Under the pieces are notes generated by a model, which was not told the origin of the DNA, did not search any database, and saw nothing but the letters and a program-made list of their open reading frames with translations. From Lingula anatina (Eukaryota; Animalia; Brachiopoda): a stretch of 64,000 bases of DNA. Shown here one piece after another: positions 13,401 through 25,897 of the stretch. Position 1 is the stretch's first letter. The number at the start of each line of letters is the position of its first letter. The position numbers were made by a program, and so were the translations under genes. The stretch lies in NCBI GenBank assembly GCA_051362555.1, contig CM120642.1, positions 9,238,001 through 9,302,000 on the forward strand, written 5' to 3'.

Positions 13401-16400
13401 GAGAAGGGAATGTATATAACTGCCGTATCTGCTCTTGGTACTTAAATACAAAGACTGTTTCATTCATAACTTAAGTTTGAGAATTTTTCAAATTTCAGAA
13501 TCACAGAGAAGATGGCAGGGGAGGAGGGTCCGTATAACTACAACATCTCCGAGGCCCAGGCCATCATGGAGGAGATTACTAAGATACAAAAGTCCCTGAA
13601 TTCTGGGGAACGGGAGAGACACGAGTTGATGCAGGTATATTTTGCAAGCTTTCAGTATATTTTTACCACAGTGTCCAGTAGGTTAGACCCAGCTGCACTG
13701 TATGTCTTAACCAGCAGCTCTAGTCAGCCAAATGAAACTGAGGCTAGCTTTGGTCAGAGTGATTGAAAGACTCTATTTTTTTGCCTATATGCAATTCCTC
13801 ATTAACTATTATTCATTTAATTTATTTAGCTTTTTACACTCAAAAAACACGACAGAAATGTTGAAAAAAAAGTTACATACCTTTTTTTACATTCTATAAA
13901 ATTTATGACTTTGACACATTTCAAGATGTAGTTGATTTTTATTATGGATGTTTTTCAGTCTCTTGCACGTCTGAAGGAAGATTTCTTACTGAGCAAACTG
14001 CAGAGTGAGTCCTCACCTTCAGTGTCCCTCCTTTCACTGCAATATGAGAGACCAAGCACTGCCTCACAGACTGATGTTTCAGGGGAGGTGAGTAATGCCA
14101 TCTATTTATAAATTTTCTGTTTAAAAATGGCATGTCTTGTACATTATTAATAAAATGATATATAAAAAGAAATATTTTTTTCAAGCATTTTTTTTCTCCT
14201 TGTTTATGTACTACTTGAAAGTAAGGAAGTACATATGAACAAACTTCAGAGGCATTATAAAATTTTATTGAATACTTTCTCCATAATTCCCAGTTGTTTT
14301 GCCAATTATTTACTACAGCTGACCAATATCAGGTTCTCAAAAAGAAATTGTTTAGCATCTAAATAAGTTTGCTCAAACGTAACTGGTTCTTCGTACAGGA
14401 AGCTGTTGGACATTTCTTTCCAGGTAATATTATAAAATCTCACTTTCACTGAAGTGCAATTTTCATAACTTTGTGTTTAAAACCCAATTTTACTCTTTAT
14501 GGCAGTACTTGGACACCAAAATGAGATTAGCCGAGATGACCAGACTGAGATTTAGCTACGATGAAGCCAGGAAAAGTGTGCAAAACCTCAAACATAAGTT
14601 GGCCAGTGTGGAGGAACGCATGATTCCTGGCCAGACAGAATCTGATAAAGATAGGTAGGTTCAAGACAACAAGTATGTCTTAGTTCCATACATGCCATAA
14701 ACTAGAGCCATTAGCTATAGAATGGACTCACTGACTATAGAATTGGAGCCTGTGAAACGAGGTCACTGTGATAATTGGAGGATGATAAAATGGACTTTCA
14801 ATGCAACTCTGCCAAACCAAAACTGTGTATGAATATTATATGTTAAAAAAATTTTTTTCAAACTTGTGAATCATGATATTTCTAAAATCACTGTGGGGCC
14901 TTGCTCTGTATTTAACATTTGGCTTACCTATTGCAATATTTTCCATTTAGATTATTATTGATTCAAGAAAAAGAGCAGCTACTACGTGAACTGAGAGGGT
15001 TGAGCAAGAAGGGCCGCTCACAAGAAGAAATACTTGAAGTGCGGCGCCAAGTACAACAATTAGAACATGACTTGGTCATGGCGATGGACACCTCTAGTCG
15101 GCAGATAGCTGAGAGGTAGGGGGACATTTATGATGTCATAAATAGCTATATGATGTCAAATAACTACTTGTGATGTCACGACTTATAATAATATACTAAA
15201 ATGCCTTTATAGGTTGGAAAGGGATAGGATGACATTTGGTACAGTGTATACCACGTCAGGAATACATAGTTCCTGTTGGCACCATGTCTTATTTGACATA
15301 CATCATTATCTTGCCATACAAATTTTAGTTAAAAAACATAATCACCTTCTTCCATGACTAACATCACTTACATTACCTCTTAAAACCTGATCATTTATCC
15401 TCACTCTATTGTCCTTTAGTAATTGCCAGGTCATCTTACTTTAGGGAACAGCCATGTATTGCTTCAAGTATCATAATTTTAACACAAAATGTACGTGACT
15501 AGACATTAAGGGTTCCCTTCCTGAATATCTGTGTGTTTTCTTTTGGATATTTTCTTTATGTTGTTGTCTTCTTTTTAGCGGCACCTTTGCACGTCTTTTC
15601 CGGAAATCTCCTTTTGCAAAGTTCCGCCGCTCAGCCACATCTTCTTCTCCTTCTTCATCATGTACCAAAGCAAGGTGACTGTTTGGTGTTCTGAGGTTGC
15701 AGCTCACATTATTACATTGCCTTTTATGTAGGGCCTGTAGTCACTATACTTATAGTCACTGTATTTATAATGCTAGTTGCTGCTTGAGCTACATTGACAT
15801 TTGTCCACAGTGAGCATGTTTTTGTGGAAAAAAACTTATTTATTTATTTTTCTGAATGCCTGCATTGATCTGCACTGTTATTTCACCCCAGACTCTGTCT
15901 TACTCCATTTCAAATTCTTCGGAAGGTTAAGCATCTTTTATGCTCTACTTTATTACACCCACATCAACCATGCATGGGTTTTATTGCCCTGAGAAACAAT
16001 GGCACATTAATTCCTCCTGTGTGAAAGAAGCAGCATAAACAACCAAGTGTCTGAAACATTCATTACAACATTGAAATATATACACATTCCTCCTACTGCA
16101 GTAGATTTCCTTACTGTGCACTTTGCATGGACATGTGGACAGAATATTTATACTTTTAGCTGCCATAAAAATTAGAATGTGTGACATGCTTTAATGTTCA
16201 GTGATTTCAATTGAGTTGAATATAAATTTTAAAAAACTGAACTTTAATAAAGCAATTGAGTTCTCCTTCCTTTGGGGTACTTGTCCATACTGAATTTTGA
16301 CATCTAAGTATATCTTTACTCTTCATTAAGTGAAGATAGGGATTAAACAGTTCGGTATATAACTGAAACCAGGAACAAAATGAATAATAACCTGTTGTAT

Positions 16401-19400
16401 ACTGTTTCAGATTAAAGCTTCAGGAAGAGAAAAATAAAATCATAGACCAGCTTTCAGAGGCTACCCGTATTACAACCTACTTAGAGTCCCAACTTAAAAG
16501 GTGAGACATTTTCCTGTTATTTGAACACATTAAAAAAAAATGAGCAAGACTCCATTAGGTGATATTAAATTCGATATTAGTATGTTCTTTCTTTAAAACA
16601 CTTTGCAATTTAATAATAAAAAAATTGTCATGATTACTTACAAAAAAGTTTTAAAATTTGTAATTTTTATACAAAACGTTTTGCATGAATCTTATGAATT
16701 TGTCAAATTTATCCCTTGCTTTCAAGTCTCCACCCAACCCATCTTGGGTTCAGATGAATATGTATGTGATTTAACATATAATCACTAGTAAATACAAGTC
16801 AGGCAAATAAGTATGCATACTAATTTCCAATATCATTCCACTTTCAGTATATCACTCAGCACATTGTCCATGTCCTCAGGGTCAAGTCGAGGGTCATTTG
16901 GTTCACTGGGGTCATTAGGGTCACTGTCGGCGAGCAGCAAGGGGTCATTAAGTTCTTTGAGTTTCACAGACATTTACGGGGGCCATTCCCCTTGCAACAG
17001 TGAGACAAACCTTCAGGATTTACATCGGAGGGTTGAGAAATTACTACAGGGGCATAGCATTTCTCCCATACATGAGATACAGGGTATGACGTCTTCAGCT
17101 GAGGATATCAACATTGGAGGGCCCCAGGGGTACATCCCCATACAAGGCATGGCCACAGCAGAGTTTTTACCAATGCAGGGAGTGGCGTCATCTAACGAGG
17201 AGATTAACATGGCTGTACCACATGGGTACACGCCAAAATTAACAATAGGGTCACAGCAAAATGTCAGGCAGTCGCCATCGGCTGAGTCGCCATTGTCGTC
17301 AATTCCGACGCCACCACCAGTGTCGTCTTTCGATGTTGGACCTCCTCCAAGTTACGAGGAGCATATGAGTAACATGCAGAGGCAGAGGTTAATTCCTCCC
17401 TCTAAGACTGGTTCTAATATTGACCAATCAAACTTACTGAGCATACAGCAGAAATCTCAGCAGCAAGGAGGGGGGAGATCTGGTATGGGACCAGTCCCAT
17501 CGCTGCCTCTTTCTGGACTAGAGTCTGGGAGTGAGGCTGTGAGTGTTCCACCTCTCAGCCCCATCAGTGAGTCCAGTTCCGGGGTGTGTAATACGTGCAA
17601 CCTGTCTGGCGGGAACACCAGGAGTGTGTCTGCGGCCGTCAGTGACGAGTCTGTCGCTGGAGACAGTGGGGTGTTTGAGGCATCAATTAAAAGGTAAAGA
17701 TCATACTTGAACTCAACAGTTTGATTTCTGCAAAAAAGTATAGTGGTAGCAGTAGCAGTAAACTGCATTCATTAGATTATGTGCTATTATGTTAAATGTA
17801 AGTGATCGTATCAGTTTGGCAGCATCATGAAAATGCAGTCTTGTTGACTAAATTGCATTTTATGGCAGTTCTTTAAAAGTTGCTGTCTTAATGGCGCTCC
17901 TCTTAGTCTTAGCAACTACATAGATCTGTCTTAAATCCATGACTCATAGGCAAGCTTACGTATCTCAGAGTGCAAATGGAGCCCAAAAGAGAATGTTTAT
18001 TAGTTAGCTCTGAGCCAGTCTTGCATACAAACAAGATCATATTAACCTTGAAGTCTGTCTGGGTGAAATGATAGTTTACTTTTAGTGTCCCTGAATAAGA
18101 TCTCTGCTGAGAGCTACAGAGCTTTCAGAACTGGGAGACTAGAGAAATAAAGGCTTAGGTTGTTTTTGCAGACAGTCACACTACAAATTTTTTTAATGCT
18201 GTAAGTCAGTTTTTAGAAGCATGACTTCAACAGTTGAAAGGAAAAGAAGGGGATGTGTGGAGGACACTTTAATTTCAAATTTCAAATTGTACCCATTGCT
18301 AAGAATGACATTGAGCCTTCTAAGTGTATGATTTACCCAATTTTTTCAACATTCCCAGGCAGTATTTTATTTGCCTTTTTTATTATCTTAAACTGTTACA
18401 TTTAGTATATTTAGGAAAAGCCTTGATCACAGGTAAAGCATAAAAAAGACCAGCAGCCATACATTACTACGTGGACCAGTAGTCTGTTTTCCAATGCTTA
18501 GACATTATGTACTATTTAAGGCACCATATATCACTATTATGAGAATGTTATGGCCACTGTTGGGATAATTATGATGGCTAACATTTGTTGTGGTACTAGT
18601 AAACACGCAAAGTGATATTGCTGTGAAGATAAGGCCAGACTGATAGGAATGCATACTATGATTTACTGTATTATTGTTTTCAAGTGGTATTCAAAAAACT
18701 TGTAAGAGGATTTGGGGGGAGAGGGGGAGGGCTAAAAATTCTTGTATTTGTGGTTTACACAATTCCCAGAATGTAAAAGTTGAAGTTAAAAATACCTTAA
18801 ATTTAATCAAGTTTTTCATCATTTCAGACGTGGTGAATTTGATGATGCTTTTGACCTTGGTCTGGAGTGTGCACAGGTCCAGATTAGGCTTAAGTAAGTA
18901 CACATGTATGCACACATGCACACACACGCAGGCATTCATGCACGCATACATACTTAGAATGCATAACAGTACAATAATTGTGTAACATATTCTTTATGTA
19001 CATGGTAATACTCTAAGTGTATTGTAGATATTAAGGAGTAGTGGTTCTGCCCAACGTAAATGTATTGTAAGGTATGGAAAGTGAAATATTTCATGTTATC
19101 TATATATATATATAGGTATGAGGCAGTTGAGGGACAGCTCCATATAGGTTTGGAGAAGGCAAGGAACCTGGCAGCCATAGCAGCATTACCTGAGAAAAGT
19201 CAAATGTAAGTCATTATAATGATGATGATGATGGTGGTGATGGTGATAAACAGTTCTTTAAAGATCACAGTGGTTGAATTGTGGAGATGCAAATTGCTTT
19301 ATATTTTTATCACCATCATCAGCACTTTATTGTTGTTGTGGTCGTTATTGATCTTAAATTTATCACTGAGCAAGGAGAGACCTAATAAATGGTGTTTATA

Positions 19401-22400
19401 AGAAGAGAATTTCACGTCAACACTTTTGCAAAACTCAGAGAATTTTTACTTTCATTTTTTCCAGTTTTTTTAACCCATACAAGTATTTGTTAAATGCTTT
19501 TGATTAATGAATTGATTATTCAGTAAGCTAAGATTGTGCTATTAAAGACACAACTTGCTTTATTTCAGATGTTTAAAGGCAGCTCTTCTTCCTAACTTGA
19601 CTGCTTCATTTGCCACTCAGTTGTCAAAGGACATCAACAGTCCAAAATTCAATGAAACTTTTAAAGTTGCAATCTCGGAGAGCAAGCTAAGGGCCAAGAC
19701 GCTGTCTGTTAGTGTGTGCAGTACAACTGAAAGGAAAGACGCGGAAGTCCTGGTGAGTTCTTCGTATTTTTGACACGTTGCCATCAAGAAAATAAGGTGG
19801 AAATTTTGTTGGTCTAGCGCCCTTGATTGTATCCAGAGAAATTTGAAAGAAAAGTTTTAAGAGATGCCACACACTACCATCCTAGAGAATCTTTACTCCA
19901 AAAAGGCTGTAAAACACCTCTTTTAAAAGTGCACTCACTGTCTTGCATAGAGATTCTGGCATGATGAGTGGGAATTAGATTAGGGAGGAAAATATTGAAA
20001 AGTGCCAAAACACACAAACTGTAAAAATAGGGAGCTTCTTTTCACCCCAGGTTTGTGTTTTAGGAAAAAAATACCACAGACTTGTCTGACGATAATTTGT
20101 GATGACTAACCAGGAAAACTTGTAAGAGTGTACTTCATTGCACATGAACTAGGCTTGATTTGAACTCGTAACATGCAAAGTGGAATTTCTCATACACGAA
20201 AGCAACTGATATATACACCATGCTAGATTTTTGGACGTTTGTTTCCAAATAAGGAAATGACAAATTTTTTGGTTTATCGTGCATCTTAACCATATCAAGT
20301 ATAGTTACATTTCTGCATGCATAACTGACTTTGATCAGATGCCTTATGGAACCACCCATGTAATGTTGACTAAGACTAATGAAAATGCTCTTTTTTTCCC
20401 CACAATTCCAGGGCTGTGCCCAGGTGAGCTTGGCAGACTTTGACCCCAAACAGGTCACCACCAGGTGGTACAATGTCCTCAGCTTCAGGTTTATGCATCA
20501 AGAGAGCAAGAGGAGCCCATCCAAGAGCAGCAGCAGATCCAGTGGAAATACTGTGGCAGACAGGAACAGTGCAGACAGGGTAGCACAGCTGCTGGAGAAA
20601 TCCTCTGCAAAATTACAGCAAGCATCTATGAATGATGAGTCTCAGCAGAGCAGTGACAGTGGGAAAGATGGAAGGTATGTGTCTAATTAACTCAAATGAT
20701 GGTCTTATGAAATAAATATGATTATTTTCCTTATTTTAAAATGAGCTGTAACTTAATGCATAGTGTCTATTGTAGATGGAAGGTGTGATTTGATTAAACT
20801 AAAAAATTGCCAGGTAACAAAATGTCTTAAAAATTGACATCAATTTTCACTAATTACCTTACACAGACTATTTTAACCAATTCATTTGCTCTGTGAATCC
20901 AGGGTACGTGCCTCGTCCTTGGATGCCTCCCTGTTCAGGGGCCAGATTTCTGCCGTCTCCACAATGAAGGAGGAAAGCTCAGACGAGTCCACCATCATCT
21001 CCTCACAGACATCCACCCTGACACGTAACCAGGGTCAGGATGATATGGATCAGATGAAGTTTGAGATCACACCAATGTCATCTGATGACAGTGCCGATGA
21101 AGAGGACACAGAAGAGGAGGTATGGTCAAATATTAAAGTTGGGGGGGGGATATGGATGTCTAATGGACTGCATAAAGTTAAGATATGAAAGTTCAAACAT
21201 TCTGGAACTGTGTAAAGTGTTGTTATGTTAAAAATTGCAATTCCACAACAAAAACCTCATATAAGCAAAAGATAACTTAAATTTTAAATTTTCCTTAGAG
21301 GCGAAACTTAAGTTGAATTATGTATAAGCTTCCATCTAGAATAGAACTAGTATAAACTTCATTTTTATCATCATATTTTTAAACAAATGTATGTAAATGT
21401 AGTAAAATTTTGGGCCATATGAAAAGATAAAGAGCAGTTTTTACAGGGTATTAACCAAGGAAGACTTTCTGTTACCATTTTTTGCCATTTTATATGGTGA
21501 AATTTGGTTCATATAAAAAAAAACATGAATTAATTGGATGGCATATTTCAGAAGAGAGACTCTTTTGTGATCCCGGATGATGTGGACATCTTAGAAAACT
21601 ACAGTGGTGCTGAGATAACGGAAAGTGAGAGCCAATTTGGGGAAGGAGAGGAGGAGGAAGAAGAGGATGATTTTGTGGAAGATTATGATGCAGATACAAT
21701 CAAAATGGAGGATAAAGAGACCAATACGGAGGGCAATTACAAACTGAAGAACCGCGTCGGAGAGAACAAGCGTCGCTCACATGCAGAGACAATGCGATCC
21801 AGGAACAGCTGTATACGCAGATCGCAGACTTTCTCACCAGCTGGCGGCCATGTTAATGCCAATTCCTACATATGCAAGGTAAGGATTTTCTTCAGTTTGT
21901 GGCTAAGAACCAAGTCATTGTCTCTTAATCCTTGATTTTAATGTTTAAAGGCAATGGAAGTGAAGCATCATTATCAGTTTTATTTCTACAACATAAGTAC
22001 TTTGACATTGGAAAACATGATAAGCATTTCATTTTCAACTCCACATAACAAATGTGATTGTGGTATTATTGCAGCTCAACCGTAGTGACTCTGACAGCTC
22101 CATGCCTCTGTATAAGAGGGCACCTTTCCAACGCAACACCTTGGAGAGGAGAAGCCTTCGATGGAAAAAATTGCCTGGTGTGAACAGCTCTGCGGCAACC
22201 AAACTGAGGCCATCACCAGAACGAGGCAGCATGAGAACATCAATCGACCTTGAACTTGACCTCCAGGCCTCAAAGACAAAATTTATTCACCTACAGGATG
22301 AGATAAATCGTCTTCGTGATTTAAAGAAGGTGATGGAAGAGGCAAAAGCTAGAGGTAAATAAAAGAAAAAAATGCCAGTAGCAGAATAGCCTGCCTAGTG

Positions 22401-23520
22401 AATAGAACAATGTTATCATAGTCATGATCATAGTTGCCATCTATTGCAGAGACTATAAGTTCAGAAATGGCTTAAAAGAAAGTGGTAAATATATAACCTG
22501 AGCTGGATTTCCAGTAGTCTTCATCAACTCTACATGTCATATTCTTTTTATCTCAGGTGAAAGTGAGCTGCCTAGCTGGTTTACAGACAGTGAACAGATG
22601 CAGCAACTTTTACAGGAGGCAGACAACCTGGTTAGTACAGTTTCAACTCCAGAAGAAAAGAAGCTGTTAACTTTCTGAGGCTGGAGCCTGACATAGAGCA
22701 CCAAAAGTTATTATTTCAAAAAAAAAAAATCCCACAAAGCTTTTAAAACAGAAAAACGAATTTCTGTTAGTAACCAGTTTCTTAGATGATAAAAAACACC
22801 TTCTACATTCAATTATGAGCATTATAGGAAAAAGATGTAATTATTCATTACCATAAATAAATAGATGTAAAAAGTATAATGGTATATTTTAAGGCCTTTG
22901 TCACTTATGTTGTTTGTATTTGTCTTGCAGTTGAACAGGCCCCAGGGTAGCTATATCTCCCGTCAGGACCAGAAGGCGGAGAGACTGATGAGGAAGATCA
23001 CCAAAGAGGCTCACAAGTTACGAACACAGGAGGCTCCAGATGTCTTGTCTTTCAAGTAAGTACCATGATAATTGAGTTTTATGTTATGACAAAGAAAATG
23101 AATGCATTTTGAACTGTTAGTTTATGTCCGGATATCTTTCCTCTCTTATCCTTGCTTGATTGGTCATGAAATATTTATTTCTATAATTCTAGTTATTTTC
23201 ACAAGTATGTAAAACTTAAAAGGAAAATATTTTGTTTGAATATATTATATAGGATGGCTCTGTTTCAGGAAATTTTTATCGCACTGCAACAATTGATTAT
23301 ATCTCAAAATTATTTACATTTTAGAGAAAAAATGGCCTTCTTCACCACAGTGAACATGAAAGTGCCAGCTATCCCACCAGAAGACCTCGATCTTATTGGG
23401 AAGACACCCGCTGCAAAGTCCGTAAAAGAAGATGAAATGAATAAAACTGCTGCAGCTATTGCTGCTGTTGCCATTGAAGAAGCCAAGCAGGGACTGAAGC
23501 AGGAAGTGAAAAACAAGTGA
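964..23520 (+). CDS. WWC1: KIBRA/WWC family Hippo pathway scaffold (5'-partial; WW-domain exons lie upstream of the window)
   Basis: Exons (GT-AG, phases consistent, 3701 nt plus 1 nt from the upstream exon): 964-1058, 3163-3271, 10453-10612, 13499-13634, 13959-14087, 14506-14654, 14951-15115, [optional 15579-15674], 16411-16500, 16848-17693, 18828-18893, 19116-19205, 19569-19752, 20412-20674, 20903-21119, 21552-21878, 22075-22354, 22557-22630, 22931-23055, 23325-23520 (TGA). KIBRA hallmarks: end of WW2 'TNQIEDPRQQWR', coiled coils 'AKKEIFQLKQQRLQLAQ' and 'LLLIQEKEQLLRELR', 'SLSFTDIY', 'VSAAVSDESVAGDSGVFEAS', C2 domain (18828-20674), LC8-type motifs 'ASQTD' and 'KETNTE', aPKC-binding 'LNRSDSDSSM..PFQRNTLERRSLR', and 'FKEKMAFFT'. 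A single invertebrate gene co-orthologous to WWC1/2/3. Confidence 0.95.
15579..15674 (+). CDS. Putative alternatively spliced cassette exon of KIBRA (96 nt, phase 2-2)
   Basis: Polypyrimidine tract 'ttgttgtcttctttttag', donor 'AG|gtgact', length 96 nt. Open in the KIBRA frame: (S)GTFARLFRKSPFAKFRRSATSSSPSSSCTKA(R). More GC/CpG-rich than the flanking intron. TGCATG motifs downstream at 15971 and 16124. Confidence 0.65.
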
Positions 23521-25834
23521 ACAGATGAATGATATGTGACAGTAACATCAAGTGAATGAATCGTATCTAATGTGACAGAAGCAGTGCCAGAACTCTACTT
23601 TTCTGCAGTCGAGAAGAAAATGGAGTTTATCAATAAGGCATATGCATTGTCTGTAAGCAGATATGTTACACTGAAACTGCCAAAGGAAACTGAGATGCTG
23701 AGTGACCTCATAACAGATAAATCAGTATTGTCCTCTCAGCTTAAGGAACTGTAAGAACATCCCAAAAGAGAGCGAAAAGTTGTGTTTCTCTCTGTATACA
23801 ACTAGACACAAGATTAGCAGTCAAAATTGAGGAACAACAAAATTCTGGAGACCAGAATAACTGTAGAACATGAAAGGATTTACAGCAAAGAGGATGGAGA
23901 AGGCATTTATGTCCCATCAAATAAACTCGACAAAACTGCTTTGATTCAAGAGAGCTGTATGTGGCTCAAGAGGCTGAAGTTGAGAAGTCGAGTTGCTCAC
24001 AAGTGTTCACAGGGCTGCCGCCACCTTCAGACTTGTATTCTTTTTGTTCAGTCCAAAAAGAGTTCAGATTCTCTGCAATACGAGATTTATACCAACTGAT
24101 ATTACATGGGCACTGCCTGGGCACATTCTCGGGTCTTCCTTATTGAGGAAGGAGGCCCTTTCCACTACCAGCAGGTAGTTTGGAATGAAGTGGTCGGAGT
24201 GTGAATGTTGTGTAGATTTTAATAGATTTTGTATTGAGGATTGGTTTTAGATAAGCTAGAACTATGCAAACCCCCCTGTGTTCAAGTCCCATTTTCTTAC
24301 AATAAATGGGCAAAAAATGTAGCCCTCATTGTAACCTTGTGAGATGCATGTTGCCATAACTGGTTTTATATGTGTAAGTGCAACAAATTTTTGTAATATC
24401 AGAATGTATTGACTATTTCCTAGCCTCAAAATGTTTAACATAGCTAAATGTTTGGATTGTAAGATGTTTTGCAGGATACAGTGAGTAAGAGCAATTTATA
24501 AAAAATTAATTCCAGTTTGGCACTCTTCGGAATGTTACTGATGCATTTAGAGCAATCTAAAAAAAAATTAAGGAGGTAGTGCCTTTAAAGAAACCCCCCT
24601 CATGGATTTGATAAGTTTTTTAATGGTAATTAAGTATAAGGGTCCTATGATAAATGACCTGGGGTGGGTGAGTCAAAGTGTAGTTAAAGATAATTGTAGT
24701 TTAAAATGTATTACCTGTTTTAGAATTGATCACAGGCATAAGACATGTTTTACAGATTTTATTTAATTAATTTTGGGGGGTCAAGGTTTTCATTGCCCTT
24801 TTGTTTTTATTTATTTATTTTTATCTTTGAAAGTTTACAGAATTAGCTGGGTTAACATAAAAAGACCTTTTAAATTAAGTAAAATATTCATTACAAAAGT
24901 GTTTTAAGGGTTGGTAGGGTGGCATTAGACTTAATTAACATACTGTTTGTCAAGTAACTATTTATATGTGTACAAAAGAAAAAAATGAAAAAAAAAAACG
25001 AGAGCACTTCATCGAAGTAGTAGCTGAATAATGAAATAACGGTTTAGGGCAAGAACCCTATCACAGCTTGTTATGGTATCCTATGTGTGATCATGTCTAC
25101 AATTTTGATTATTATTATTATTATTATTTGTTAAATAGTGTACAAATGTTGTAAAGCTACTCCCTGTGTATATATTTGTATGTGAATATTCACAGTTGTC
25201 ATGGAAACCAACCTCTTCATACGAAAGTGTTTCTTATGATCGACCCAACGGAACGTTCCTATCACTCAAAGGTATTATTATATTATTTGTTAAATGTAAA
25301 TGTTTACAGGTGTCTTTTAAATGAAAAATAGCTTTTAAAAACTGTTAAAAATTGTAATGAGACACCTAAATTAGTTTTAATCCTTGTCATAATATATATA
25401 AGTATCGGCAGCCAGCCATTCCCATTTCATCATTTTTATTCATGTTTGATTGAGGAGTGAAACGCAAAAAGGATGAGTGGTGGTTAAATTTTTGTTAGTG
25501 TCATCGTTCTCTCAGTAAGTTCAAGAATATACTCATGGACGGTTAGATCCCCGCTATTACAGCCTGTACCGCAAGTTGGGTAGCTGTAGACTTTGTGTAT
25601 AATTTCCCGTCCTCAATATACACGCCACCAGTGCCGCTGCCTCGCCTTTTTGTCGCCCCCCCCCCCTCCTTACGTACGGCATGGTTTGTGCATACACCAC
25701 CACTCCTTATTACATCTACTACGTGTACCTTCTGTAGAAGATTGACAGAATCGAACTGGAACATTTATATTTTGCATAAAATAAAAACATTGAAAATATA
25801 TTTATTTTACGTTTGTTGTTGTTGCTGCTTGCTG

Positions 25835-25836
<2 letters not shown>

Positions 25837-25894
<58 letters not shown>
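25837..25894. repeat. (CT)n microsatellite
   Basis: Uninterrupted tc/ct dinucleotide run. Confidence 0.95.

Positions 25895-25897
<3 letters not shown>

Noticed and set aside
15892-15925. Second small AG...GT candidate exon in the KIBRA intron
   Set aside because: It is 34 nt long, would shift the frame, and has a weak donor.
23521-24180. Purine-rich ORFs after the KIBRA stop (23572, 23827, 23961) as readthrough or an extra gene
   Set aside because: A second in-frame TGA follows three codons after the stop, the ORFs are broken by stops, and no domain is recognisable. Most likely 3'UTR (AATAAA at 24301 and ~25780).
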